Under the pieces are notes generated by a model. It did not search any database. It was not told the origin of the DNA and saw only the letters and a list, made by a program, of their open reading frames with translations. Both the position numbers and the translations under genes were made by a program. From positions 1 through 45,791 of the forward strand of contig JAZUGA010000087.1 in the NCBI GenBank assembly GCA_045640945.1: a stretch of 45,791 nt of DNA, written 5' to 3'. Position 1 is the first letter of the stretch. Each line of letters opens with the position of its first letter. This stretch comes from Lachnospiraceae bacterium. Lineage in GTDB: Bacteria; Bacillota; Clostridia; Lachnospirales; Lachnospiraceae. Shown here in pieces: positions 1 through 8,304 of this stretch.

Positions 1-251
1 GTCCACTGTGCTGCACGGATGGAGCCCTGACGAGCATGTCCTGTTCCTTTTTGTCTCCAAGGTTTCTTTCCACCACCGGAAACTTCTGAACGGGTTTTCG
101 CACTCTGTGTGCCCTGACGTTTGTTAGCGAGCTGTGCTACTACAGCTAAGTGTAAAAGATGTTCATTTACTTCTACGCCGAAAATCTCATCACATAATTC
201 GATTTCGCCAACTGCTTCGCCTTTCATATTGTAAACAGATACTTTTGACAT
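1..251 (-). CDS. rplD: 50S ribosomal protein L4, N-terminal part (runs off the window edge)
   Basis: The reverse complement from ATG at 251..249 reads [24 protein letters not shown]..., a typical L4 N-terminus. GGAGG lies about 8 nt upstream. Its position after rpsJ-rplC matches S10 operon order. Confidence 0.9.
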   Translation of the reverse strand, partial: MSKVSVYNMKGEAVGEIELCDEIFGVEVNEHLLHLAVVAQLANKRQGTQSAKTRSEVSGGGKKPWRQKGTGHARQGSIRAAQW

Positions 252-277
252 CTGAATTTCCTCCTTTCCTTGTCTTG

Positions 278-907
278 TCATGCCTTGATAGCTTCACGAA
301 CAACTACTAAAGCCTTCTTTGGTCCAGGTACAGCACCTTTAACAAGGATCAGATTGTCGTCAGCATCAACTCTTACTACTTCAAGGTTCTGGATAGTAAC
401 TTTCTTAGCTCCCATCTGGCCAGGCATATGTTTTCCTTTGAATACTCTTGATGGATCAGATGCACTGCCGTTTGAACCTGCGTGACGGTGATATTTAGAA
501 CCGTGCTTCATAGGTCCTCTGTGCTGACCAAATCTCTTGATCGCACCCTGGTAGCCTTTACCTTTTGAAATTGCAGAAACGTCAATTTTGTCGCCTGCTT
601 CAAAAATGTCTGCCTTGATTTCGTCTTTTACATTGTACTCAGCAGCGTTCTCGAACTTGAATTCTCTAACGAATCTCTTGTAAGGGATACCTGCCTTGTC
701 GAATTTGCCTCTGTCAGGAGAGTTTACTAAAGTTTCTCTCTTGTCCATGAAGCCAACCTGAACAGCTGCATAGCCGTCCTTTTCTTCAGTCTTAACCTGT
801 GTAACTACACAAGGACCTGCCTGAAGAACTGTAACCGGTGTTAACACGCCGTCTTCGTTGAAGATCTGTGTCATACCGATTTTTGTTGCTAAAATCGCTT
901 TCTTCAT
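278..907 (-). CDS. rplC: 50S ribosomal protein L3
   Basis: 209-aa ORF starting [16 protein letters not shown]... and containing ...GKGYQG...RHAGS.GA.. [12 protein letters not shown], which are canonical L3 motifs. AGGAGG SD is present. Confidence 0.97.
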   Translation of the reverse strand: MKKAILATKIGMTQIFNEDGVLTPVTVLQAGPCVVTQVKTEEKDGYAAVQVGFMDKRETLVNSPDRGKFDKAGIPYKRFVREFKFENAAEYNVKDEIKADIFEAGDKIDVSAISKGKGYQGAIKRFGQHRGPMKHGSKYHRHAGSNGSASDPSRVFKGKHMPGQMGAKKVTIQNLEVVRVDADDNLILVKGAVPGPKKALVVVREAIKA

Positions 908-1007
908 ATTTTTTAACCTCCTGTTAAACTACAGCGGAACGTCAATCGCAGCTTGCCTTATATAAGGAAGTCCGTCGTTAACGTTCATCCTAGAACAGAT
1001 TGTGTTC

Positions 1008-1325
1008 TTACTGTTCCTTCATTTTGATGTCTACGTAAACTCCAGCTGGCATATCGAGCTTTGTTAAAGCTTCGATAGTCTTCTGTGTAGGTGCGATAAC
1101 ATCGATGAGTCTCTTATGAGTTCTCTGTTCGAACTGTTCGCGGGAATCTTTGTATTTGTGAACAGCTCTTAAAATAGTAACAACTTCCTTTTTAGTAGGA
1201 AGAGGAACTGGTCCACTTACCTGAGATCCGTTTTTCTTTACAGTGTCGATGATTTTTTCTGCTGACTGATCAATAAGTTTGTGTTCGTAAGCCTTGAGAG
1301 TGATTCTCATTACCTGGTTTGCCAT
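1008..1325 (-). CDS. rpsJ: 30S ribosomal protein S10
   Basis: 105-aa ORF with ...IRITLKAY.H..+D.S...I....K..G......PLPT+K...T+[19 protein letters not shown], which is canonical S10. AAGGAGG SD is present. Confidence 0.97.
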   Translation of the reverse strand: MANQVMRITLKAYEHKLIDQSAEKIIDTVKKNGSQVSGPVPLPTKKEVVTILRAVHKYKDSREQFEQRTHKRLIDVIAPTQKTIEALTKLDMPAGVYVDIKMKEQ

Positions 1326-1663
1326 AATAGCCTCCTTAAAAATTTGATTTTTTACTGTTTGTCCACTCTTCCGTGTGTGTCGCGCTTATCCCGTAAAAAA
1401 TTGGCATAATTATACAGCCAATTTCTTTGTGATCCGTTAACCATTCCCGCTCGCAAGTCTTGCTCCGCCTTCGGGGCCCAGCCAATCCGTCAATCGACTA
1501 AAGGCCGGCTAACTCTTGTTACGCTGACGTACACGTTGTTTCCGCCTCAATTGACGGACCATGGTGCACATTGACGGGCTGTCAGGTTCTCTGACTTTCG
1601 CTCCGCGGAATTACCTGCTTAATCTGCAGCAACTTCCTACTTCATAGCTATCCACGTCACAGC
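1326..1663 (-). promoter_or_regulatory. Long (about 340 nt) structured 5' leader of the S10 operon; candidate r-protein autoregulatory or attenuator leader
   Basis: It lies between the predicted promoter (1670..1698) and the rpsJ SD. It is more GC-rich than its flanks. The RNA has two CCGUCAAU copies (plus-strand 1570..1577 and 1550..1557) followed by one complementary AUUGACGG (1487..1494). A terminator-like hairpin sits at 1395..1424. Confidence 0.55.
1395..1424 (-). terminator. Terminator-like hairpin inside the rpsJ leader (possible attenuator)
   Basis: The minus-strand RNA reads AAAUUGGC-UGUAUAAUUAU-GCCAAUUUUUUAC: an 8-bp AU-rich stem followed by a U run, about 70 nt upstream of the rpsJ start codon. 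Confidence 0.4.
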
Positions 1664-1669
1664 TTGACC

Positions 1670-1698
1670 ATCATACTATATTCTTTGGGGTATTGCAA
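1670..1698 (-). promoter_or_regulatory. Sigma-A type promoter of the S10 operon
   Basis: Minus strand has TTGCAA (1698..1693), a 17-nt spacer, then TATGAT (1675..1670). An A/T-rich UP-element-like tract lies upstream at 1700..1757. Confidence 0.6.
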
Positions 1699-1758
1699 GA
1701 GAAAATTTAGAATAATTTCACAAAATTTTTCAAAAAATTTTGTAACAGATTTTTTATA

Positions 1759-1808
1759 GGAAATATCAGTTTTCCGAAGAATCCTTCGGGATTTTAACTG
1801 ATATTTCC
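1759..1808. terminator. Strong composite hairpin downstream of the helicase gene (terminator-like, possibly bidirectional)
   Basis: ggaaatatcagtt (1759..1771) pairs with aactgatatttcc (1796..1808). An inner stem pairs ccgaag with cttcgg. A T run follows on the plus strand and an A/T-rich tract follows on the minus strand. Confidence 0.5.
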
Positions 1809-1829
1809 ACTTTTTACAAGAATTTTTAT

Positions 1830-4013
1830 TTAAAGAACCTGGAGTTTAACTTTTACAGAAATTTTACGGGAGGTTTCCATGTTGTCAAATTGAACAATAT
1901 GAGCCTTCATGTCTTCATCAAAGCCTAAAACAATTCCGTTTCCAAAGACCTCATGACGGACTTTCGTGCCTGGACTAAGGATTTCCTTCCTTATATTATC
2001 TGGCATCAAACGATCTTTATAATCCACATAACTCCGGGTGCCGTTAATCAGCGTCTGCTCCGGCGGATTATCGTACTCCAGATTGGTTTCTTCTATATTA
2101 AGTATAAACCGGGAAGGATACCGAGGCTCTCCATCATAATTCCGTCCTTCTGCCTCGCTTAAGAACAGGCCCTTTTCCGCACGAGTCAAAGCAACAAAAC
2201 AAAGCCGCCGCTCTTCTTCCATGGCATCGGCAGTATTTACTTTTTTCGAAGGGAAAACGTCCTCACTCATACCACATAAGAATACATACGGAAACTCCAG
2301 GCCCTTGGCAGCATGAATGGTCATCATTTTTACCTTATCATAAGATACCGGTTCATCCATGTTGGTAAAGAGAGCCACATGCTCCAGATAATTCCTCAGG
2401 TCCGTCTCTTCTCCACAAGTGGTTTCAAATTCATAAACCGACTGTTTCAGCTCTGCCAGATTGTCCAGCCGCTCCTGACTGCCTTCCGTTCTTAAGAGAG
2501 CTTCATAACCGCTCATTTCCAGAACCTTTGCCAAAAGCTCGGTTATAGTCAGTTCCTCTGCCAGTTTCTGCAGCTCTTTTATCATGGAAATAAAAGCCGC
2601 CGCCTTCGTGCCTTTAAAGATTTCATTGTCAATATGGTCACAAAGAGTCTGATACAAAGTTTTCTTTTCTTTTTCCGCCTGCGTTTTCAGGAATTCCATG
2701 CGTCGCTTTCCCATGTTTCGCTTCGGCGTATTTATGATTCTCATGAAGCTTAAATCGTCCATATACGCCAGCATACGCAGATAGCTTAAAGTATCTTTTA
2801 TTTCCATCCGGTCGAAAAACTGAACGCCACTGTATATATGGTAAGGAAGTTTTTCATGCAAAAAGACTTCTTCCAAATTTCTGGACAGATAATGGGCCCG
2901 ATACAGAATACAGATGTCTCCCAAACGGACGCCTTCCGATTCCAGCTGACGGATTTTGTCGTGAATCCAGGCAGCCTCGTCCTTGCTGCTTTTTGCATGA
3001 TGATAAAGGACCTTCTTTTCATGGTCCAGCTTTGGAAGCAGTTTTTTCTCAATACGGTGCACATTCTTTTCAATCAGAGAGTTGGCCGCATCCAGAATTT
3101 CCGGCGACGAACGATAATTCTCCACCATCATTATGGTCTGGGTATCTTTAAACTTCTTGTCGAAGTTCATAAGGTAACGGGAGTCCGCTCCTCTCCAAGA
3201 ATAGATGGTCTGGTCCGGATCCCCTACCACAAATAAGTTTTTATGATAATCACAGAGCACCCGCATCAGATCATACTGCTGCAGATCAATATCCTGGAAC
3301 TCATCAATCATGATGTATTCCAGTCTCTGCTGCCATTTCAATTTAATTTCTTCATTAATATCAAATATATGCAGGACCAGAACAATCAGGTCATTATAAT
3401 CCAGGCCGAAGCATTTCTTTTCCTGATACAAGTAGCCGTAAAAGATTATGTCGTCGGTTTCCGTAGCTTCCATATATTTCTCATGCAAAGCGTCAATGGA
3501 TAAGCCGGTCAGGTCTTCATAATATTTCGGCTTGTATTTCGTCTTCTGCATTTCAATCATGTCCCGGGCGGAAGAAAAGGTCCGGTCACGCATGGTCAGT
3601 CCTCTTTCTTCATATATAATACCCAGCATGGTATCGATGTCCGAATTATCCAGAACTATGAAATTGGAAGGATAGCCTACTGCGTTACTCTCCTCACTAA
3701 GAACCGAAACGCAGAATCCATGAAAGGTGTTGATGTATCCCGTATCGTTGTCGCCCGTCAGTTTATGGATTCTCTGCCGCATTTCCTGGGCCGCCTTATT
3801 GGTAAAGGTTACGCAGAGAATATTTCCCGGCATAATTCCTACATTATTTACTAAATAGGCAAAGCGATGAGTCAGCGCCCTGGTCTTTCCGGAGCCAGCG
3901 CCTGCAATGACTCTTACAAAGCCTTCTGTTGTCATTACCGCCTGAAGCTGGGCCTCGTTTAACGTATCTTTTTCTTCGTTTAAATCAAACATTCTGCACC
4001 TGTCTTTTTTCAT
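1830..4013 (-). CDS. UvrD/PcrA-family ATP-dependent DNA helicase
   Basis: 727-aa ORF with Walker A AGAGSGKT, motif II DEFQD, and later UvrD motifs (VGDPDQ.IY.WRGA, TIH..KGLEF). An alternative start is M8 at 3992, preceded by AGGTG. Confidence 0.9.
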   Translation of the reverse strand: MKKDRCRMFDLNEEKDTLNEAQLQAVMTTEGFVRVIAGAGSGKTRALTHRFAYLVNNVGIMPGNILCVTFTNKAAQEMRQRIHKLTGDNDTGYINTFHGFCVSVLSEESNAVGYPSNFIVLDNSDIDTMLGIIYEERGLTMRDRTFSSARDMIEMQKTKYKPKYYEDLTGLSIDALHEKYMEATETDDIIFYGYLYQEKKCFGLDYNDLIVLVLHIFDINEEIKLKWQQRLEYIMIDEFQDIDLQQYDLMRVLCDYHKNLFVVGDPDQTIYSWRGADSRYLMNFDKKFKDTQTIMMVENYRSSPEILDAANSLIEKNVHRIEKKLLPKLDHEKKVLYHHAKSSKDEAAWIHDKIRQLESEGVRLGDICILYRAHYLSRNLEEVFLHEKLPYHIYSGVQFFDRMEIKDTLSYLRMLAYMDDLSFMRIINTPKRNMGKRRMEFLKTQAEKEKKTLYQTLCDHIDNEIFKGTKAAAFISMIKELQKLAEELTITELLAKVLEMSGYEALLRTEGSQERLDNLAELKQSVYEFETTCGEETDLRNYLEHVALFTNMDEPVSYDKVKMMTIHAAKGLEFPYVFLCGMSEDVFPSKKVNTADAMEEERRLCFVALTRAEKGLFLSEAEGRNYDGEPRYPSRFILNIEETNLEYDNPPEQTLINGTRSYVDYKDRLMPDNIRKEILSPGTKVRHEVFGNGIVLGFDEDMKAHIVQFDNMETSRKISVKVKLQVL

Positions 4014-4030
4014 TTATTTCCACTTGGTTG

Positions 4031-4059
4031 ATTATAGCGAACATTTGTTCGTTTATCAA
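4031..4059 (-). promoter_or_regulatory. Helicase promoter with an embedded LexA (Cheo/SOS) box
   Basis: Minus strand has TTGATA (4059..4054), a 17-nt spacer, then TATAAT (4036..4031). The spacer contains the perfect palindrome CGAAC-N4-GTTCG (4038..4051), which matches the Gram-positive LexA/DinR consensus. Confidence 0.7.
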
Positions 4060-4106
4060 TAATTTTCTTTTTTTTCATATTTTCTACTATAAAAAAAGAA
4101 GCCAGG

Positions 4107-4115
4107 TGCTATAAT
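4107..4115 (+). promoter_or_regulatory. Extended -10 promoter (TGcTATAAT) of the EamA transporter gene
   Basis: TGCTATAAT at 4107..4115, then 6 nt (atcgcc), then ATG at 4122. No SD lies between them. Confidence 0.55.
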
Positions 4116-4121
4116 ATCGCC

Positions 4122-4979
4122 ATGGCTCAGAATAAAAGTTCAAAATTCAATATCGGTCCGATTTTCGTCCTGCTGGCATCTTTATGCTTCAGCATTGGCG
4201 GACTCTGCATTAAAAGCATTCCATGGAATGCCATGGCAATTAATGGCTCCAGAAATGTTTTAGCTGCTATTGTCTTTGGAATCTATTTGCTGGTAACCCA
4301 TCATAAGCTGACGATCAATAAGCCTGTAATCATCGGTGCGCTTTCCATGTCGGCAACAACCATTCTGTTTACTTATGCAAATAAGATGACAACTGCGGCC
4401 AATACGATTATTCTTCAGTACACCGCGCCGATTTTTGTTATTATTCTGTCTGCCCTTATTTTCAAAATCAAGCCGAAAAAGCTGGATATTATTGCAGTGA
4501 TTTTAATATTCGGCGGCGTTGTATGTTTCTTCGTGGACAGCCTTTCTGCCGGAAACATGTTAGGCAACGGCCTTGCCCTTTTATCTGGTCTCACCTACGC
4601 AGGCATCTTCATGATGAATTCTTCCGAACGGGCAGATTCCCTATCTTCCACATTTTTCGGAATGTGGATCAATGTGGTCGTGGGTGCGCCATTCGTTTTC
4701 CAGCAGGACTTTTCTGCAACCACAACTTCCGCCTGGATTGCCTTTGCATGTCTGGGACTGTTCCAGGTAGGCTTCGGTTATGTATTCTTAAATATCGGCT
4801 TAAAGACCACTCCAGCTACCATGGCTTCTTTAGTCTGCGGCCTGGAGCCTGTATTAAATCCAGTATTGGTAGCCATCGTTTATCACGAAATGCTGACCCC
4901 TCTTGCTTTTATTGGTGCTGCCATCGTGTTCTTTACAATTATTATCTATAATGTTTTGAAAGCAAAAGTCCGTGTGTAA
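4122..4979 (+). CDS. EamA/DMT-family transporter (10-TM permease)
   Basis: 285-aa protein that is hydrophobic throughout and shows a two-fold EamA-like repeat architecture. Confidence 0.8.
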   Translation: MAQNKSSKFNIGPIFVLLASLCFSIGGLCIKSIPWNAMAINGSRNVLAAIVFGIYLLVTHHKLTINKPVIIGALSMSATTILFTYANKMTTAANTIILQYTAPIFVIILSALIFKIKPKKLDIIAVILIFGGVVCFFVDSLSAGNMLGNGLALLSGLTYAGIFMMNSSERADSLSSTFFGMWINVVVGAPFVFQQDFSATTTSAWIAFACLGLFQVGFGYVFLNIGLKTTPATMASLVCGLEPVLNPVLVAIVYHEMLTPLAFIGAAIVFFTIIIYNVLKAKVRV

Positions 4980-5015
4980 ATCCGCTCTGCATTTGTAAAT
5001 TTCATGGATTTTTAA

Positions 5016-5049
5016 GCCGTCCGATCTGACCAGATTTGACGGTTTTTTT
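5016..5049 (+). terminator. Rho-independent terminator after the EamA gene
   Basis: gccgtc...gacgg stem with an inner atct/agat pairing, followed by TTTTTTT (5043..5049). Confidence 0.6.
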
Positions 5050-5064
5050 ATTTCGTCGTATAAT
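5036..5064 (+). promoter_or_regulatory. Candidate promoter of the B12-domain gene
   Basis: TTGACG (5036..5041), a 17-nt spacer, then TATAAT (5059..5064). The -35 overlaps the 3' arm of the preceding terminator. This leaves a leader of about 185 nt before ATG 5256. Confidence 0.5.
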
Positions 5065-5255
5065 ACAAAAAATAAATAATTCGGCATAAGCCATAAATAC
5101 TCTGAAAAGCGAAGTGACATTCCGTCACAACAACAGGTAACTCTAACATCCAAGCCTGGAAGGTTTTCGCATCAAAGCTATACTCGCTTAAAAAAAGAAA
5201 GGCTTCCCACCACAAGAAACCCCTCTCACCTAAGTTCCACCGAAGGAGGCTTCCC

Positions 5256-7166
5256 ATGGAAAAGCAATTTACTTTTGGTATGCTAAAGTCCCTGCTGGAT
5301 GCCCACACTATGGGCGTGCACGCAGCATCCGCGCTCCTTAGCGACTGCGGCTATAAAGTTATTATCGCACCACCGCAAATCGAAGACGCCGTTGATAGAA
5401 TTGCGTCTGAAGCCAGTCAGAAAATTCTTTTAGACTGGATCCGAACAAACCATATTACCAATTTAGGCATTTCTTATCGTCTGGATCCTGACGACGCAGT
5501 CCAATTAGTGGGCCGCATCGTTTATTTGCTGAAGAAAAATGGGCTCTATGAATCCGCAGACAGTATCGTGAAAGCGATTCATTTCGCAGGCCTTAAACCA
5601 GCATGCGATAAAATAGAGGCGGAATATGATGGTCGCATCAAAACATTCCGTGGCGGCGAAAGCGCCGAAGAAACTCTTTTCGTCATGGGCGTTCCCGCTG
5701 ATCAAATTCCAAAGACCATCACGGAAGGATGTCAGTATGACAAGGACCTTTTAAATTTCGGTCGCGAAATCATCCGCAAAAACGAATATGAAAATCAAAA
5801 GCCGTTATCCAGAAACCGTTACAAGGAATTCGGAACAGCAAATGACACTTTAGAGCTCCGCCTGAACCATAACTTTGAAGGCGGTTTTCAGCCATTGATC
5901 CGGGCCCATTCCGGACCATACTCCTCCGACATGCCCAGACAGCAATGTCTCCGGAAATACTGGGATTGGTGCAGAGACCTTGCAGATGCCGGCTTTCTGG
6001 ACATCCTGTCCATCGGCAGTTCCCAGCTTTCTCAATCCAATTTTGGTGAATCCTGGGAAGGTAAGCCAAACGGAGGCGGTGTTCCAGTTAACTCCGAAGA
6101 AGAATATCATGCCATCTGGCAGGCGGCACGGCCAATGCTGGTCCGCACCTATTCTGCAACTAAGAACGTAGCAAAAAATGCAGCAGTCTATGAACGAAGC
6201 ATCAATATCTGCTGGCATGCCCTGTCCTTGTGGTGGTTTAACGAATTGGATGGACGCGGTCCAAATGCCCTCTATCCAAACCTCGTGGAACATATAGACG
6301 CCATTCGTTATAGTGCCGCTACGAACAAGCCTGTAGAAACCAATGTGCCTCATCACTTCGCCTTCCGTGGCTGTGATGATGTTACCTATATCGTCTCTGG
6401 CTTTCTGGCTGCGAAGCTTGCCAAAAAGTCAGGAATCCGAACCTTCGTATTACAGAACATGCTGAATACGCCTCGCAGTACCTGGGGAATTCAGGATTTA
6501 GCGAAGTCCCGGGTGATTCTTAAGCTGACCAAGGAGCTGGAAGATTCCAGTTTTAAAGTGGTACTTCAAACCCGTGCCGGATTGGATTATTTCAAGCCAG
6601 ACATTGAAGAAGCGAAAATTCAATTAGCAGCGGTAACTGCGATGATGGACGACATCGACCCGCTCAATATCTATTCCCCGGAAATCATCCATGTAGTAAG
6701 TTACTCCGAGGCCCTTTATCTGGCTACGCCGGATATCATCAACGACAGCATTAAAATTACACGGCAGGCTTTAAGCGAATACCGCAAATTAAAGCAGCGG
6801 CACGAAACGCCGGACGTAATGACCGACGAAATATTGAACCGTACGGAACACCTGGAAAAAGAATGTCGCGCCATCATAGGCGCCATGGAAGAAACCATAC
6901 CGGATTTATATTCCGCGCAAGGCATGTATCTGGCTTTTGTCGCCGGGTGGCTTCCTGTTCCGGAGCTTTGGTCCGATTCGGAAGAATTCCGTTTTGCCAA
7001 AGGCTGGGGAACAAAAGGCGTAAAGGGTTCCATTGTCCTTACCGATCAGAACCTTTCCAGTCAAAACGCAAACGATGAAACCCGCATCATAGCAAACGCT
7101 GACCATCGCATCAACCGTTGTATTACGAACATGGAAGAAGCCATAAGAATGCTTCAGGAAAAATAA
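5256..7166 (+). CDS. B12-binding-domain protein fused to a large (about 500 aa) domain of unknown function, possibly a glutamate-mutase-E-like barrel
   Basis: 636 aa with GGAGG SD. The N-terminus carries DAHTMG (DxHxxG, nt 5298..5315) in a Rossmann-like context (GYKVIIAPP...). The C-terminal segments RAHSG, GGGVPVN and PHHFAFRGCDD loosely resemble GlmE segments as I remember them, which is weak evidence. Confidence 0.5.
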   Translation: MEKQFTFGMLKSLLDAHTMGVHAASALLSDCGYKVIIAPPQIEDAVDRIASEASQKILLDWIRTNHITNLGISYRLDPDDAVQLVGRIVYLLKKNGLYESADSIVKAIHFAGLKPACDKIEAEYDGRIKTFRGGESAEETLFVMGVPADQIPKTITEGCQYDKDLLNFGREIIRKNEYENQKPLSRNRYKEFGTANDTLELRLNHNFEGGFQPLIRAHSGPYSSDMPRQQCLRKYWDWCRDLADAGFLDILSIGSSQLSQSNFGESWEGKPNGGGVPVNSEEEYHAIWQAARPMLVRTYSATKNVAKNAAVYERSINICWHALSLWWFNELDGRGPNALYPNLVEHIDAIRYSAATNKPVETNVPHHFAFRGCDDVTYIVSGFLAAKLAKKSGIRTFVLQNMLNTPRSTWGIQDLAKSRVILKLTKELEDSSFKVVLQTRAGLDYFKPDIEEAKIQLAAVTAMMDDIDPLNIYSPEIIHVVSYSEALYLATPDIINDSIKITRQALSEYRKLKQRHETPDVMTDEILNRTEHLEKECRAIIGAMEETIPDLYSAQGMYLAFVAGWLPVPELWSDSEEFRFAKGWGTKGVKGSIVLTDQNLSSQNANDETRIIANADHRINRCITNMEEAIRMLQEK

Positions 7167-7177
7167 GGAGGTACACC

Positions 7178-8227
7178 ATGACTACAAAAAAAGTATTTGT
7201 CTGTGGTTGCGGACACCAAGGTATGTCAATGGCTGCCCACCTTGCACTGAATAATGTTGAAGTGTCTCTGTGGAACCGCACAGAATCCAATATTAAAGAA
7301 ATCCTGGATACCCATGAAATCCATTGCAATGGAGTCGTCGAAGGCACAGCCCATATTGACCGGGTTTCGACAAACATCGAAGATGTCATTAGTGACTTCA
7401 TCATGATTTCCACCCCAAGCAGCGCTCATGCAGACCTTGCAAAACTTCTTGCGCCTTATGTCCATAAAGACATGACCATCATTCTCAACCCAGGGCGGAC
7501 TTTCGGTGCCATTGAATTTGCGGAAGTCCTGAAAGAATCTGGTGTTGTCGAATTGCCTCATATCGCAGAGACCCAGACCATTGTCTATACCTGCCGACGG
7601 AATGGTCCGAACGAGGCAACGATATTTGCATTAAAAAATGACGTAAAAATCGCGGCCCTGCGTGGAACCAGCATCGACCATGTTTTAGACCTGATGCCGG
7701 ACTGCTTAAAGCCCCATTATACCCCAGTATCTTCTGTAGCCTTTACTTCCCTTGCCAATGTTGGCATGATTTTGCACTGCGCTCCTGTTTTGATGAACAT
7801 TGGATGGATTGAAGCGGAAGATATTGGTTTTAAATATTATCACCAGGGAATTTCCCGCTCTGTCGCAAACTATCTGGAGAAACTGGATAATGAGCGTCTT
7901 GCCGTAGCTGCTGCCCTCGGTTTTCAGATAGAATCTACTGCCGACTGGCTACGCAATACTTACGGAGTTACAGGAAATACTCTCTACGAATGTATCCAGA
8001 ACAACACCAGCTATGAAGAAATTGACGCGCCTGCAGAAATCCGCTACCGCTACATCATGGAAGATGTTCCAAACGGTCTCGTTCCAATGGAGCATATCGG
8101 CCAGGAATTGGGTGTGCCTACTCCGAATATCACCACTATCATTAATCTGGCTTCATCCGCACTGGATATGGATTTCCGTGCCATGGGGCGCACCTTTTCC
8201 CTTGAATTTCTTCGCGACTGCTTATAG
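7178..8227 (+). CDS. NAD(P)-dependent opine (octopine/nopaline) dehydrogenase-family oxidoreductase
   Basis: I trimmed the track ORF 7118..8227 to ATG 7178, which is preceded by AAGGAGG (7165..7171). The N-terminus VFVCGCGHQG is a GxGxxG fold. Length and overall pattern fit the opine dehydrogenase family. Confidence 0.75.
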   Translation: MTTKKVFVCGCGHQGMSMAAHLALNNVEVSLWNRTESNIKEILDTHEIHCNGVVEGTAHIDRVSTNIEDVISDFIMISTPSSAHADLAKLLAPYVHKDMTIILNPGRTFGAIEFAEVLKESGVVELPHIAETQTIVYTCRRNGPNEATIFALKNDVKIAALRGTSIDHVLDLMPDCLKPHYTPVSSVAFTSLANVGMILHCAPVLMNIGWIEAEDIGFKYYHQGISRSVANYLEKLDNERLAVAAALGFQIESTADWLRNTYGVTGNTLYECIQNNTSYEEIDAPAEIRYRYIMEDVPNGLVPMEHIGQELGVPTPNITTIINLASSALDMDFRAMGRTFSLEFLRDCL

Positions 8228-8248
8228 TCAGTTTTCTACTTAAACATA

Positions 8249-8287
8249 AAAGACCAGCGCTGTAACGCTGGTCTTTCTTTATTTTTG
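8249..8287. terminator. Bidirectional rho-independent terminator between convergent genes
   Basis: aaagaccagcg (8249..8259) pairs with cgctggtcttt (8266..8276). It is flanked by an A run and a T run. Confidence 0.8.
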
Positions 8288-8304
8288 ATATGTAGATATT
8301 ATTA

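Noticed and set aside
1380-1665. A GC-rich structured segment upstream of rpsJ that might be a stand-alone RNA gene (SRP RNA, RNase P RNA, 6S or tmRNA)
   Set aside because: I could not find the conserved cores of these RNAs on either strand: GGUCCGGAAGGAAGCAGCC-type SRP domain IV, GAGGAAAGUCC of RNase P, or a tmRNA tRNA-like end. Its position between a promoter and the rpsJ SD fits a cis-acting leader better.
1830-4013. The UvrD-like helicase as part of a phage-defence system (Gabija- or Hachiman-type)
   Set aside because: It is a solitary gene with no nuclease or partner genes. It sits beside the ribosomal protein operon, has a full PcrA/UvrD motif set, and carries a LexA box. A housekeeping or SOS repair role is the simpler reading.
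5065-5255. A cobalamin riboswitch in front of the B12-binding-domain gene
   Set aside because: There is no B12-box-like GCCACTG core or the surrounding conserved helices. I kept it only as an unassigned leader.
5850-6356. A 168-aa minus-strand ORF, and other antisense ORFs inside 5256..7166 and 26108..26746
   Set aside because: They are embedded antisense in well-supported genes and have no SD and no recognisable motifs.
7118-7177. The upstream extension of the opine dehydrogenase ORF (MYYEHGRSHKNASGKIRRYT)
   Set aside because: It overlaps the end of the preceding gene in another frame. A strong AAGGAGG sits in front of ATG 7178, and the Rossmann fold begins right after that Met.
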